DNA of 56,270 nucleotides from Gemmatimonadota bacterium (GCA_039591655.1 JBDHDE010000013.1:1-56270); one strand, 5' to 3'. Numbered from the stretch's first letter, positions 6,841 through 15,905 are shown. Numbers and translations are program-made. The notes: generated from the letters alone by a model not told the origin.

Positions 6841-9800
6841 ATGAAGAACTTCCTCGTCCTGACTCTACTCTCCGCGCTGGTGGCTGCCGCGCCGGCGCCC
6901 GCAGCGGCGCAGCAACCGGCGAGCAACTCGCCGGACATCCTGGCGCTGGTGGAAGCGGGTCACGAAGGCAGGCTGGTGACCGAGGTTCGTGCGCGACCCG
7001 ACGATGCGCGGAACGCGCTGGCGAGCCTCTTCGAGCTCACCGCCCGAGCGACCGACTCCAACGAGCGCGTGCGGCTGCTCGACCAGGCCGACCACCTGGC
7101 ACGGGCGTACGCCCGGGCGTGGTCCGATTCCTTCCTTGTCCGTAAGGTCGGCCAATTCGCCCGCTGGTCTGCTGGCGAGCGCGCCGAGAAGCTGGAGGCC
7201 GACAGCGTGCGGCGAGCCGGGGCGGAGGCCTTCTACCGCGAGGGACCCGACGCCGCGATGCGCCTCTGGGAGCGCAGCCTCGCGCTGTACCGCGCCCTGA
7301 ACGACCTGGCGGGGCAGGCCGCGGCGCTGGGCAACCTGGGCGCCGGTCACTACGCCAGGGGCGACTTGGACCGCGCGCTGCGCTACTACACCCGGTCCCT
7401 CGAGCTCGCTGAAGCGGCAGGCGATTACCGCACCCAGGGCAACGCGCTCGGGAACATGGCGAGCGTCCACAAGGACCGTGGCGAGCTGGCGGTCGCCGCC
7501 GAGCTGTACCAGCGCACCCAGAAGACCCGGGCGCTGACGGGGGACCGCCGGGGGGAGGCAGCAGACATCAACAACCTGGGGCTCATCAACGCGGCTCTGG
7601 GCGATCTGCAAGGCGCCGACGAGCACTTCCGTCGCGCGCTCGAGCTCAACCGGCACGACGGCCGCCACCGCGTGGCCGCCAACAACCTGACCAACCTGGC
7701 CAACCTCGCCGCGCGGCGCGGGCGGTATGAAGAGGCGCTCGACGTTTACACCGAAGCCCTAGCGCTGCGGCGGGAGACCGGTGACCGGCAAGGCGAGGCG
7801 CTGGATCTTTTCAACCTGGGCCTGCTCCATCTCGACTGGGGCGACTATCCCGCGGCGCTCGCGTCGCTGCAGGAGTCGGCGGCCATTCTCGATGAGCTGG
7901 ACATGCCCGTGCGGCGCGCGGAGGTCCGCGGCGGCATCGCCGCCGTGCGAACCGCCATGGGACATCTGCAGGCCGCCCGCACGGATCTGACCGAGGCCGT
8001 GGCCGAGGCCGCCGGCGATGCGTACCTGGGGCCAAGCCTGGCAATGCAGCGGGCCGACCTGCTCACCGAGCTCAACGAGCTCGACCAGGCCGCGGCGCTC
8101 TACCGTCAGGCGCAGGCCGGCTACCGGCGGCTGCGCGATCCGACAGGGCAGGCCGAGGCCGAGGCCGGGCTCGCCTATCTCCACCTGGCCCGCGGCGACC
8201 ACGAAGCCGCGGAGGAAGCTCTCAGCCGCGCGCTGCGGATGCACCAGAGCATGGGCGATGTGCGGCCGGCGGCGATGACGCAGGTGCTCCTGGGCGACGT
8301 GCGGCTCCTACGGGGGGACACCACTGCCGCGCTCGAGGCATATCGCAGCGCCCTGGACGCATACCAGACCCTGGACGATCCGGTAGGCACCGCAGTCGCC
8401 GAGGGGGCGTTGGCCGATCTCCATCTGGAAACCGGTGCATTCGGCCGCGCCGAGGCCCGGTACCGGGCGGCCCTCGCCCGCCTGGAGGGTCAACCGGTGG
8501 GGCCGGTCCGCTGGCGACTCAGGCTCGGCCGCGGGCTCGCACTGCGGGAGCAGGGCAGGCTCGACGACGCGGCGGCCGAGCTCCGGCGGTCCATGGACGA
8601 GGTCGAGACGATCGGCGCCACGCTGCCGGTCTCGGAGCGCCGCTACGGCTACATGGACGACAAGTGGAGCCTGTACGCGGAGCTGGCCAAGACGGAGGTG
8701 GCCCGCGGTCGACCGGCGGAGGCGTTCGAGATCAGCGAGAGGATGCGCGCCCGCCAGTTCGTGGATCTCCTGGCCCGGGGCCGGACCGGCGGCCGGATGC
8801 CGGAACTCGCGCTGGTCCGGGAGGAAGAGAACCTCCGCCGGCAGATCACGCATCTCAGCGACGAGCTGTACGCGGCGGCCGGCACAGGCGGCGAGCGCCG
8901 CGAGACACGCGAGCCAACCCCCGCCGTGGAGCAGCTCCGGGAAGCCCTGGCGGACGCGCGACAACGCTACCAGCGGTTGCTGGCGAGGCTTGAGGAGTCG
9001 CGCCCGGCGTACGCCGCCCTCGTCACGGGAGCCGTGGCCTCGGTGCCGGACGCGCAGCGCCTCGTGCCGGCGGGCGCGGCGCTCATCGAGTACCTGGTGG
9101 CCGAGGAATGGACGCTCGCGTTCGTGGTCACGAACCAAGGTCTCGCCGCCTTGGAGCTGCCGGCAGACCACGAGACGCTGCGCCAGCTGGTCCGGTTCCT
9201 GCGCGGGACACTGGGGCCTGGCGACGACGAGCTCTGGCGCGCCCCCCTCCGGCGACTCCATCGGGAGCTGATCGCTCCGCTGGAGGAGGCCGGATATCTC
9301 GAGGGCAGGACGCTCCTGGTGATCGCGCCGCACGCGGAGCTGCAGTACCTGCCGTTCCAGGCGCTCCTGGGGCCGGGTCCGGACGGCGAGCGGTTCCTGG
9401 TGGAGCAGTACGACATCGCCTACACGCCGTCGGCCTCCGCGTGGACCCAGCTGGCCGCGCGAGGCCGCTCGACCGTGGGGCGCGGGCTGCTGGCCATGGC
9501 GCCTCAGCCCGAAGCGCTCATCCACTCCACCGGTGAAGTGCGCGGGATCGGCCGTGACGATGCGCAGGCCGAGGTACTGGTCGGCTCACAGGCGACGGAG
9601 GGCCGATTCAATCGCGTTGCCCCCGGGCGCGCGGTGGTGCACCTCGCCACCCTCGGTGTGCTGAACACCCGCAATCCGCTCTTCTCACATGTCCAGCTCA
9701 ACGCGGATGAACTGACCGACGGTCGGCTGGAGGTTCACGAGGTGTTCGGCATGACGTTGCACGCCGACCTGGTCGTGCTGAGCGCCTGCCAGACCGGTTT

Positions 9801-10083
9801 GGGGAGCGGCCTGCGCCACGACGTGCCGCCCGGCGATGACTGGGTCGGGCTGGTCCGCGCGTTTCTCTACGCGGGGGCCCACTCGGTGGTGGCCAGCCTA
9901 TGGACGGTCGATGATGCCGCAACGGCCGAGCTGATGGAGCGATTCCACGCGGAGCTCCAAAGTAGTGGTGGCGGCTCCAATGCCCGGTCACTGGCGGAGG
10001 CCCAGCGGGCACTGTTGCACGAGCCGAGGTACGCGAATCCGTTCTACTGGGCCGCGTTCAGACTGACCGGTGGAGTGGGATGA
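6841..10083 (+). CDS. Secreted TPR-CHAT (caspase HetF-like) protein
   Basis: Sec-type signal MKNFLVLTLLSALVAAAPAPAAA; many TPRs (ALGNLG, DINNLG, NLTNLA); CHAT motifs IAPHAELQYLPFQAL, HLATLG, VVLSACQTGLG, VVASLWTVDD, NPFYWAAF. Confidence 0.92.
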   Translation: MKNFLVLTLLSALVAAAPAPAAAQQPASNSPDILALVEAGHEGRLVTEVRARPDDARNALASLFELTARATDSNERVRLLDQADHLARAYARAWSDSFLVRKVGQFARWSAGERAEKLEADSVRRAGAEAFYREGPDAAMRLWERSLALYRALNDLAGQAAALGNLGAGHYARGDLDRALRYYTRSLELAEAAGDYRTQGNALGNMASVHKDRGELAVAAELYQRTQKTRALTGDRRGEAADINNLGLINAALGDLQGADEHFRRALELNRHDGRHRVAANNLTNLANLAARRGRYEEALDVYTEALALRRETGDRQGEALDLFNLGLLHLDWGDYPAALASLQESAAILDELDMPVRRAEVRGGIAAVRTAMGHLQAARTDLTEAVAEAAGDAYLGPSLAMQRADLLTELNELDQAAALYRQAQAGYRRLRDPTGQAEAEAGLAYLHLARGDHEAAEEALSRALRMHQSMGDVRPAAMTQVLLGDVRLLRGDTTAALEAYRSALDAYQTLDDPVGTAVAEGALADLHLETGAFGRAEARYRAALARLEGQPVGPVRWRLRLGRGLALREQGRLDDAAAELRRSMDEVETIGATLPVSERRYGYMDDKWSLYAELAKTEVARGRPAEAFEISERMRARQFVDLLARGRTGGRMPELALVREEENLRRQITHLSDELYAAAGTGGERRETREPTPAVEQLREALADARQRYQRLLARLEESRPAYAALVTGAVASVPDAQRLVPAGAALIEYLVAEEWTLAFVVTNQGLAALELPADHETLRQLVRFLRGTLGPGDDELWRAPLRRLHRELIAPLEEAGYLEGRTLLVIAPHAELQYLPFQALLGPGPDGERFLVEQYDIAYTPSASAWTQLAARGRSTVGRGLLAMAPQPEALIHSTGEVRGIGRDDAQAEVLVGSQATEGRFNRVAPGRAVVHLATLGVLNTRNPLFSHVQLNADELTDGRLEVHEVFGMTLHADLVVLSACQTGLGSGLRHDVPPGDDWVGLVRAFLYAGAHSVVASLWTVDDAATAELMERFHAELQSSGGGSNARSLAEAQRALLHEPRYANPFYWAAFRLTGGVG

Positions 10084-10142
10084 GCGAACAGCGGACACTG
10101 AAGTAATCGCTAGCGCACTTGCTGGCCAGCCGGGAGGCTGTC

Positions 10143-12266
10143 ATGACTCCGGCAACATCTTCGATTCGGACCAAGCGTAACGGCGGCATCTGGCTCTCGT
10201 TCCTGGCGCTGGTGCTCGCCGCAGGCCTCGCGACCTGTGACAGCGGGCCGACGGATCTCCAACCCAACACCTACACCCCGGAGCCGGAGGGCCTCACGGT
10301 CTCCGACCCGGTCGAGGCAGGCGGCAGCCCCAGCGCCGGCGCCCTCGCCTCCTCGGCTGCACAGGTGACCTACATCTCCGCATGCCCGGGCACCTTCTCG
10401 GACCGGCAGGCGACGATCACCATCACCAACTTGGCCACCGGTGAGACCCGGAGCGTCACACCGATCGATGGCGGCTTCGATCCCGTGGGACTGGCAGCGT
10501 CGGCGGACGACGAGATCGAGATCGTGGTGCTCCACTCCGACGGCAGCAGCACCAGATACCTCGTCCCGGTGCCGACGAAGAAACGGCCGCGGGTGGTGCG
10601 TACCCTCCCACGCAGGGACGCCACCGACATCGCCCTGTCGGTCAGCCTGATCGTCATCTTCTCCGAGCCAATCGATGCCGCCACGCTGACGGCGGAGACC
10701 TTCCGGCTCGAGCTCGGTGACGACCCCGTGGAGGCGACGCGCCTCCTGAGCCCCGACGGCCTGCGGGCCGAGCTCACCCCGGCCGAGGCGTTGCAGCCGA
10801 ATACCAGCTACACCCTGGTCGTCACCGAGGGCGTGCTCGACCTGGACGGCAACCCGCTCGAGGAAGAGGTGCAGTCCACATTTGTGACCGCGCAGTCCCC
10901 ACCGCCCCCGAACCAACCGCCGACGGTGACCATCACATCGCCGTCCGACGGCGCAACCATCGCCCAAGGTCAGCTGATCCAGTTCAGCGGCTCGGCGACT
11001 GACCCCGAGGACGGCGTTCTCCGCGGCAGCGCCCTCCTCTGGATGTCGAGCGTGGACGGATACATCGGGACCGATACGGCGTTTAGTCTCCTGGCCCTCT
11101 CCACCGGCGATCACACCATCACCCTCACGGCCGCGGATCGCCTCAGTGCCGTCGGGAGCGACACCGTGGCCATCAGCGTGACGCCGGCGGGACCCAGCGA
11201 GTACACCGTGACCGAACTCGGAATGCTGCAGGGAACGTTCACCGCGAGTGTAGCGATGGATCTCGCCGAACCGACCGGAGGCACCCTGCTGGTCGTGGGT
11301 ATGAGCAAGGACATTAGCGGCAACTTCGGCAGTGGCCCTGCCACTCTGTGGACGGTGACGTTGAACGGATCCGGCGGGGTGAGCGGCGTCGACATCGCAG
11401 GCCTACCTGTGCCTGCAGGGTTCGACGAGGGTGTGGCCAACGCGATCACTGATGCCGGTGACATCATCGTTGGCATAGCGGGCATCGGCATGGAGACCAA
11501 CATCCCCGTCATGTGGTCCGGCGCCGGCTGGGCCCTGACCGAGCTCACTCCGCTGCCCGATCAACAAGGCGGCTCCGCCTACGACATCAGCAATGACGGC
11601 ACGATGATCGCGGGCTGGAGCGAGAGAGTGCCGACCCTCTGGGAGGTGTCAGATCCGACCAGTCCGATAGAGCTTCCCTCGCCGCTGGGGGGCAGCAGCC
11701 GGGCCTACGCCGTCAACAACGAGGGGTATGCAGTGGGTCAGAGCGCGACCCCGAACGGCAACTACGACCCCTGGCACGCCATCCTGTGGCGGCCGCCGTA
11801 TACGGCGGGCCGCGTCTGCGATCTGCACAGCGGGAGCGGCTGGCCCTGGGGCGTGGGAAAGACCCAAGCCGGCGGGATCACGGACGTGAATCCCGCTGAC
11901 GGAACGGTCCTGGTAACCGGATCGGGCATGGATGACGCGGTGATCTGGCAAGTGGCCGTGGCGGACTGCAGCATCGTTGCCATCACCGAGATCGGCAACA
12001 TGGTGGTGCAAACAACCAGAGTCCATTCGGTGCGGCGCGTGGCCGGTGGTTGGGAAAGCGCCGGCCGGCACGGGGCATTCAACGCTTTCGATATCCTGCC
12101 GCAGTACACGCCGGTACTGTGGCGCTTGAACGGGGGATTAGTGGAGGTGGAGCTCCCCTCCCTGACAGGCTACAGGGGCGAGGCGATTGAAGTGAACGGA
12201 GCAGGCCAAATCATCGGGTGGGCCGAGGTCGACGGCACCCAGCGTGCCGCGGTGTGGACCAAGTGA
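10143..12266 (+). CDS. Probable lipoprotein: Ig-like (Big_5-like) + PKD-like + HAF-like repeat domain (paralog 3)
   Basis: ATG 10143 with GGAGG RBS. Signal ..LVLAAGLAT-C. FSEPID..LQPNTSYTLVV Ig fold; NQPPTVTITSP..GSATDPEDG; C-terminal repeats with a CDLH motif. Confidence 0.78.
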   Translation: MTPATSSIRTKRNGGIWLSFLALVLAAGLATCDSGPTDLQPNTYTPEPEGLTVSDPVEAGGSPSAGALASSAAQVTYISACPGTFSDRQATITITNLATGETRSVTPIDGGFDPVGLAASADDEIEIVVLHSDGSSTRYLVPVPTKKRPRVVRTLPRRDATDIALSVSLIVIFSEPIDAATLTAETFRLELGDDPVEATRLLSPDGLRAELTPAEALQPNTSYTLVVTEGVLDLDGNPLEEEVQSTFVTAQSPPPPNQPPTVTITSPSDGATIAQGQLIQFSGSATDPEDGVLRGSALLWMSSVDGYIGTDTAFSLLALSTGDHTITLTAADRLSAVGSDTVAISVTPAGPSEYTVTELGMLQGTFTASVAMDLAEPTGGTLLVVGMSKDISGNFGSGPATLWTVTLNGSGGVSGVDIAGLPVPAGFDEGVANAITDAGDIIVGIAGIGMETNIPVMWSGAGWALTELTPLPDQQGGSAYDISNDGTMIAGWSERVPTLWEVSDPTSPIELPSPLGGSSRAYAVNNEGYAVGQSATPNGNYDPWHAILWRPPYTAGRVCDLHSGSGWPWGVGKTQAGGITDVNPADGTVLVTGSGMDDAVIWQVAVADCSIVAITEIGNMVVQTTRVHSVRRVAGGWESAGRHGAFNAFDILPQYTPVLWRLNGGLVEVELPSLTGYRGEAIEVNGAGQIIGWAEVDGTQRAAVWTK

Positions 12267-12299
12267 CGATCGCCCACTGATGCAGCGCACGAGGCGCAT

Positions 12300-13595
12300 A
12301 TGAAAAGACTCATCTTCTATCCAATAGGCGCACTGGCAGTCACCACACTGATGGTCGGGTGCGGTGGCGATCCCACCGGAGCGCAACGGGGTGACGTGGC
12401 ACGGGTCGCGCTATCCCACAGTCTCATCGAGCTGGACGTGGGGGAGGCGTCATCCCTGTTCGCGCAGGCCGTGGACGCTGCAGGGAATGCGCTGAGCACT
12501 CTCCCTGACGTGGCCTCCACGAACGCGGCCATCGCCGCCGTCTCGCTCCAGCAGGAGCCGGCCGGACCTCCCCCCCGGCGGGACTTCACGGTGACCGCGG
12601 TAGGGTACGGGGCCACGCAGGTCATCGCCAGCGTAGGCTCCATGACGGACACCGCCATGGTGGTGACCTTTCCCGCGTCGCTGGACATCACGGGGGCCGG
12701 CGGCACGCTGGCATCGGGCTCGGTCGCGCAGCTCGCGGTCGAGTGCTTCGACATGCAGGGGAACCGCGTGACACCGCTGGACGGAGCGGAGTCGATCTCC
12801 TGGTTGTCCTACGACGCCGGGATCGCCGAGGTCGACGACACCGGTCTGGTATTCGCGAAGCGACCGGGGCGAGCGGTCATCGCCGCCCGCCTGCCGAACG
12901 GCACCGCAGACACCATTACCGTGCACGTGGTCCCGGGAGCCTTCCAGGGCACCGCATCTGCGGCGGCGGGGCCCTCCGGCACAGTGGTGACGTATACGGT
13001 CGGCGCCGGTCAGCCGGATTGGGACCGCGGCCGGCGGGGCCAGGCCACCAGGGTGCGCATTGCGAACCAGTGGGCGTTCAAGATGTCCGGCTCCGACAAC
13101 TCCAGTCTCATCACAGCGATTCCGTTCGGCCTCGAGGCCGGTCCGACGCGGGTGGCGTTCTCTAGGGTCGGCCCGGATCAGCTGGAGCTGGAGACCACGT
13201 TCGATATCAGTGCCCTGGCCACCGAGGACGACCTGGAGCCGAACAACCTGCTCGACGGGACGCCGCCCACGCCGGTGACATTGCCCTTCGAGGACGTGCT
13301 CTCGGTGGATTTCGTGGATCAGGATGATTTCTTCGCGTTCACCCTCGTGGATACCAGCTTCATCAGCCTGTACCTCAATTGGGATCCCGCGCTCAACGCC
13401 GACCTGGACCTATGGGTAGCGGATGCGGCGTTCACGACGCTCCTATGCTGGCCGGCGGTGAGCCGGGCCAGACCCGAGAAGGGGACCTGCAGGTTGCCGG
13501 CCGGTGACTACCTGCTCCGGGTCGACAACTTCGATGCCAGGAGCAGGGGAAACCGCAATGTCACGACCTACCATATTGTCGTGGAGACGTGGTAG
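12300..13595 (+). CDS. Lipoprotein with Ig-like (Big_2-like) domains and a C-terminal PPC-like domain
   Basis: Lipobox LMVG-C; WLSYDAGIAEVDDTGLVFAKRPG; EPNN..DDFF..DLDLWV..AGDYLLRV. Confidence 0.72.
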   Translation: MKRLIFYPIGALAVTTLMVGCGGDPTGAQRGDVARVALSHSLIELDVGEASSLFAQAVDAAGNALSTLPDVASTNAAIAAVSLQQEPAGPPPRRDFTVTAVGYGATQVIASVGSMTDTAMVVTFPASLDITGAGGTLASGSVAQLAVECFDMQGNRVTPLDGAESISWLSYDAGIAEVDDTGLVFAKRPGRAVIAARLPNGTADTITVHVVPGAFQGTASAAAGPSGTVVTYTVGAGQPDWDRGRRGQATRVRIANQWAFKMSGSDNSSLITAIPFGLEAGPTRVAFSRVGPDQLELETTFDISALATEDDLEPNNLLDGTPPTPVTLPFEDVLSVDFVDQDDFFAFTLVDTSFISLYLNWDPALNADLDLWVADAAFTTLLCWPAVSRARPEKGTCRLPAGDYLLRVDNFDARSRGNRNVTTYHIVVETW

Positions 13596-13659
13596 CGCGC
13601 GGCGGTAGTCTCTGCGGTCGCCGTTGAGAGCGTGAGCCTCTTTGGGGTCAACAGCGCCG

Positions 13660-13713
13660 CCGAAGCCAGGAGCCCGGCTCCTCACATGAGGAACCGGGCT
13701 CCGCGGCCTTCGG
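13660..13713 (+). repeat. Conserved 3' hairpin element, copy C
   Basis: GGAGCCCGGCTCCTCA-CA-TGAGGAACCGGGCTCC with outer CCGAAG/CTTCGG. Same orientation relative to its upstream gene as copies A and B. Confidence 0.65.
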
Positions 13714-13872
13714 TACGCCAACTGAGCGCGAACTCCGTGATAGCGGCTTCCTCGCTAATCGTGGTGTAGTTGAGCCCACCCCGGGCTCCGACGCTGAAGC
13801 CCTGTGCTACGGCTGCCCAGCAGTGACCGCGATCATGAGGGCCGCCACGACGAGTGTTCGCTTGTACGTCAT
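13712..13872 (-). pseudogene. Frameshifted, truncated paralog of the adjacent porin-family gene
   Basis: GGAGG RBS, ATG 13872 gives MTYKRTLVVAALMIAVTAG. After a frameshift it reads AVAQGFSVGARGGLNYTTISEE..SWRT, matching AQAFGVGVRGGLNYSTMS..DYKT of 13899-14567. Not in the ORF track. Confidence 0.75.
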
Positions 13873-13898
13873 CACGTTTCCTCCAGGATCCTGTCCCA

Positions 13899-14567
13899 TC
13901 AGAACAGGGCCAGCGTGTAAGTGAGCCCGGCCGAGAACATCCAGGCGCGGTTCTTGACCGTTTGGGTCGAGGTCGGATCGAGGTTGGTCACTCCCAGATC
14001 GTACAGCACGTCCAGAAACACCACCGCCGGACCGGCCGCAATCTCAACGCCGCCGCCGAACAGCAGACTCCACTCGGTCTTCTTCCGTTCCTCCGCCTGA
14101 ATCTGGGGATCGTCACAGTCGACGCCGTCCACCACGGTCACGCCGTCCACCTTGGCGTTCGCCTTGCAGCTGACCTCGAACGCCACGGAGCCGCCTGCGA
14201 GGAGTCGCGGCGCCACCCCGCCCAGCGGATATCGCAACTTCGCGAGCAGGGGAATCTCGATATACGCCGGCGTCAGGGTCCCCTCGAGAACCGAGGTGCC
14301 CACGGTTTCCTGCACCTTGAAGCCCTTCTGCGTGTAGAGGCCGTCGACCTCGAGCCCGAACACCCGATGGATGTCGTAGGCCAGCACGACCCCGGCGTGA
14401 AGACCCGTCTTGTAGTCGATGTCCTCATCCGGGGCCAACTCCAAGCTCATCGTCGAGTAGTTGAGACCTCCCCGCACCCCGACTCCGAACGCCTGCGCCT
14501 GCGCGGCGACCGGGCACAGAGCTGCGACCACAGTGACCGTCAGCACGGCCAGTACGAGCCTCCTCAT
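13899..14567 (-). CDS. Outer-membrane beta-barrel (porin family/PorT-like) protein
   Basis: Signal peptide, GVRGGLNYS, YTQKG, YIEIPLL, alternating strands, C-terminal Phe. Confidence 0.8.
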   Translation of the reverse strand: MRRLVLAVLTVTVVAALCPVAAQAQAFGVGVRGGLNYSTMSLELAPDEDIDYKTGLHAGVVLAYDIHRVFGLEVDGLYTQKGFKVQETVGTSVLEGTLTPAYIEIPLLAKLRYPLGGVAPRLLAGGSVAFEVSCKANAKVDGVTVVDGVDCDDPQIQAEERKKTEWSLLFGGGVEIAAGPAVVFLDVLYDLGVTNLDPTSTQTVKNRAWMFSAGLTYTLALF

Positions 14568-14619
14568 ACGCCCACCTCCTCCGGCATGTCGCTGAACTCA
14601 ATCAGTTCCCCGCAGTCCG

Positions 14620-15072
14620 CTACCGCCCCCGCGCCTCCGGCCGGACCTGCCACAGCACGTTGATGATCTTCCAGCCGCCATTCCATTGGGCGACGTGGAG
14701 GTAATCGATCCACTCGCCCGCGTCGATCCGCACGGCAGCCGTGCCTTCGTAGATGTCCAGGATGGTGACATCCGTGCGCCGCTCCGCGGCGGGGGTGCGG
14801 GTGCCGTAGCCGGCCGCCGTAGCCTCAATCAACTGGTCGGCCGTCATGTTGCGCAGCGCGCTCTCGCCCGTCTCCCGGCTCGGCCCGACGATGCGCTTCG
14901 CCAACTCTGGATGGAGCGCCCGCTCCATCCGCTCGGCGCTGCCTTCATACCAGCCCTCGATGTAGTTGAGGGCGCACTCTTTGATCGCGGCCGAGTCGGC
15001 CGCGGTCTGCGCATGCGAAACGCCGGCAATGGCCGCGCTGCACGCAATGGCAAGTATGATCGCTTTGTTCAC
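14620..15072 (-). CDS. Secreted NTF2-like (putative lumazine-binding type) protein
   Basis: Signal peptide; NYIEGWYEG..MERALHPELAKR; WIDYLHVAQWNGGWKIINVLW. Confidence 0.8.
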   Translation of the reverse strand: MNKAIILAIACSAAIAGVSHAQTAADSAAIKECALNYIEGWYEGSAERMERALHPELAKRIVGPSRETGESALRNMTADQLIEATAAGYGTRTPAAERRTDVTILDIYEGTAAVRIDAGEWIDYLHVAQWNGGWKIINVLWQVRPEARGR

Positions 15073-15326
15073 GAGTCTCTCCCGGTTGGTCCCAGCATGT
15101 GTCCGCCCGTCATTAGCCCTCGGCCCAGCATGGGCGGTCGGATCATGTCCGCACCGTAACTACCGTTGAGCCCGCGCTGCGGTTGCCGCCGCGCGCACTG
15201 CGGCAGTCTGCCTCGGCCCCGTCGACGCGGCAGAAAAGCCGAATCAATTGGTCGTATTGGATCTGGTGAGACCCCGGCGGTCAAGGCGGCGCACGCCGCC
15301 TCGATGCCACCCACCAGGTGTCGCGG

Positions 15327-15905
15327 CTACAGCCGCAGCGATGCCCCGAGCACGAAGCCACGGGGACTGGCCACCACCCTCACCCGCATCCGGTCCAGCG
15401 ACATCACCTGCCAACGTTCGACCTTGATGAGCGCTCCCACAACCGTACCGACCACTCCTCCCACCGCGGCGAAGGCGACGCCTCCTACCAGGGCCTTCTC
15501 CCCGGCCGTCATGGCAAACCACTGATTCGGCGGGTCATCTCCAGATGCGGCGCCGAGGGCGAGCCCCACCAGGAATCCGGCCCCTGCCCCGTAGGCGAGC
15601 CCTTTGGTCCACTGGGACTCCGTTCCGGTGGAGACCTCGAGCTCGGTGACGTCGGTGAGGGGAACATGCAGCAGCATGGAATCACGCAGGGCCCGGCGGC
15701 CATGATCAATGCGCACACGGTCTTGTTGCACCACGAGAGTCTCGGGGTGGACTGCCACCAGTGTTGCCACGGTGGGGGCAGTGCTGAATCCCGGGGCCGT
15801 GATCCTCACGCGCCGTCCGGGCTCCAACAGCGGGTTCTGCTGTGCGGTGAGCGCCGCGAGCGGCAGGACGCTGAGCGCGGCCAGGAGTTGAGTGATCCGG
15901 CGCAT
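15327..15905 (-). CDS. Exported/membrane hypothetical protein
   Basis: Signal peptide, LEPGRRVRI, two glycine-rich hydrophobic segments, GGAG RBS. Confidence 0.65.
   Translation of the reverse strand: MRRITQLLAALSVLPLAALTAQQNPLLEPGRRVRITAPGFSTAPTVATLVAVHPETLVVQQDRVRIDHGRRALRDSMLLHVPLTDVTELEVSTGTESQWTKGLAYGAGAGFLVGLALGAASGDDPPNQWFAMTAGEKALVGGVAFAAVGGVVGTVVGALIKVERWQVMSLDRMRVRVVASPRGFVLGASLRL

Noticed and set aside
5610..10083. Type III-E CRISPR Craspase locus
   Set aside because: No cas gene and no repeat-spacer array anywhere in the window. The CHAT protein has a signal peptide, unlike cytoplasmic Csx29.
2594..13713. Integron attC sites
   Set aside because: No RYYYAAC...GTTRRRY ends on the hairpins, no integron integrase, and the genes carry their own promoters.
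15137..15164. Fourth ECF promoter copy upstream of the NTF2-like gene
   Set aside because: The minus strand reads GTTACG-N14-CGACC, with mismatches in both boxes and a shorter spacer. Too weak without a PWM scan.
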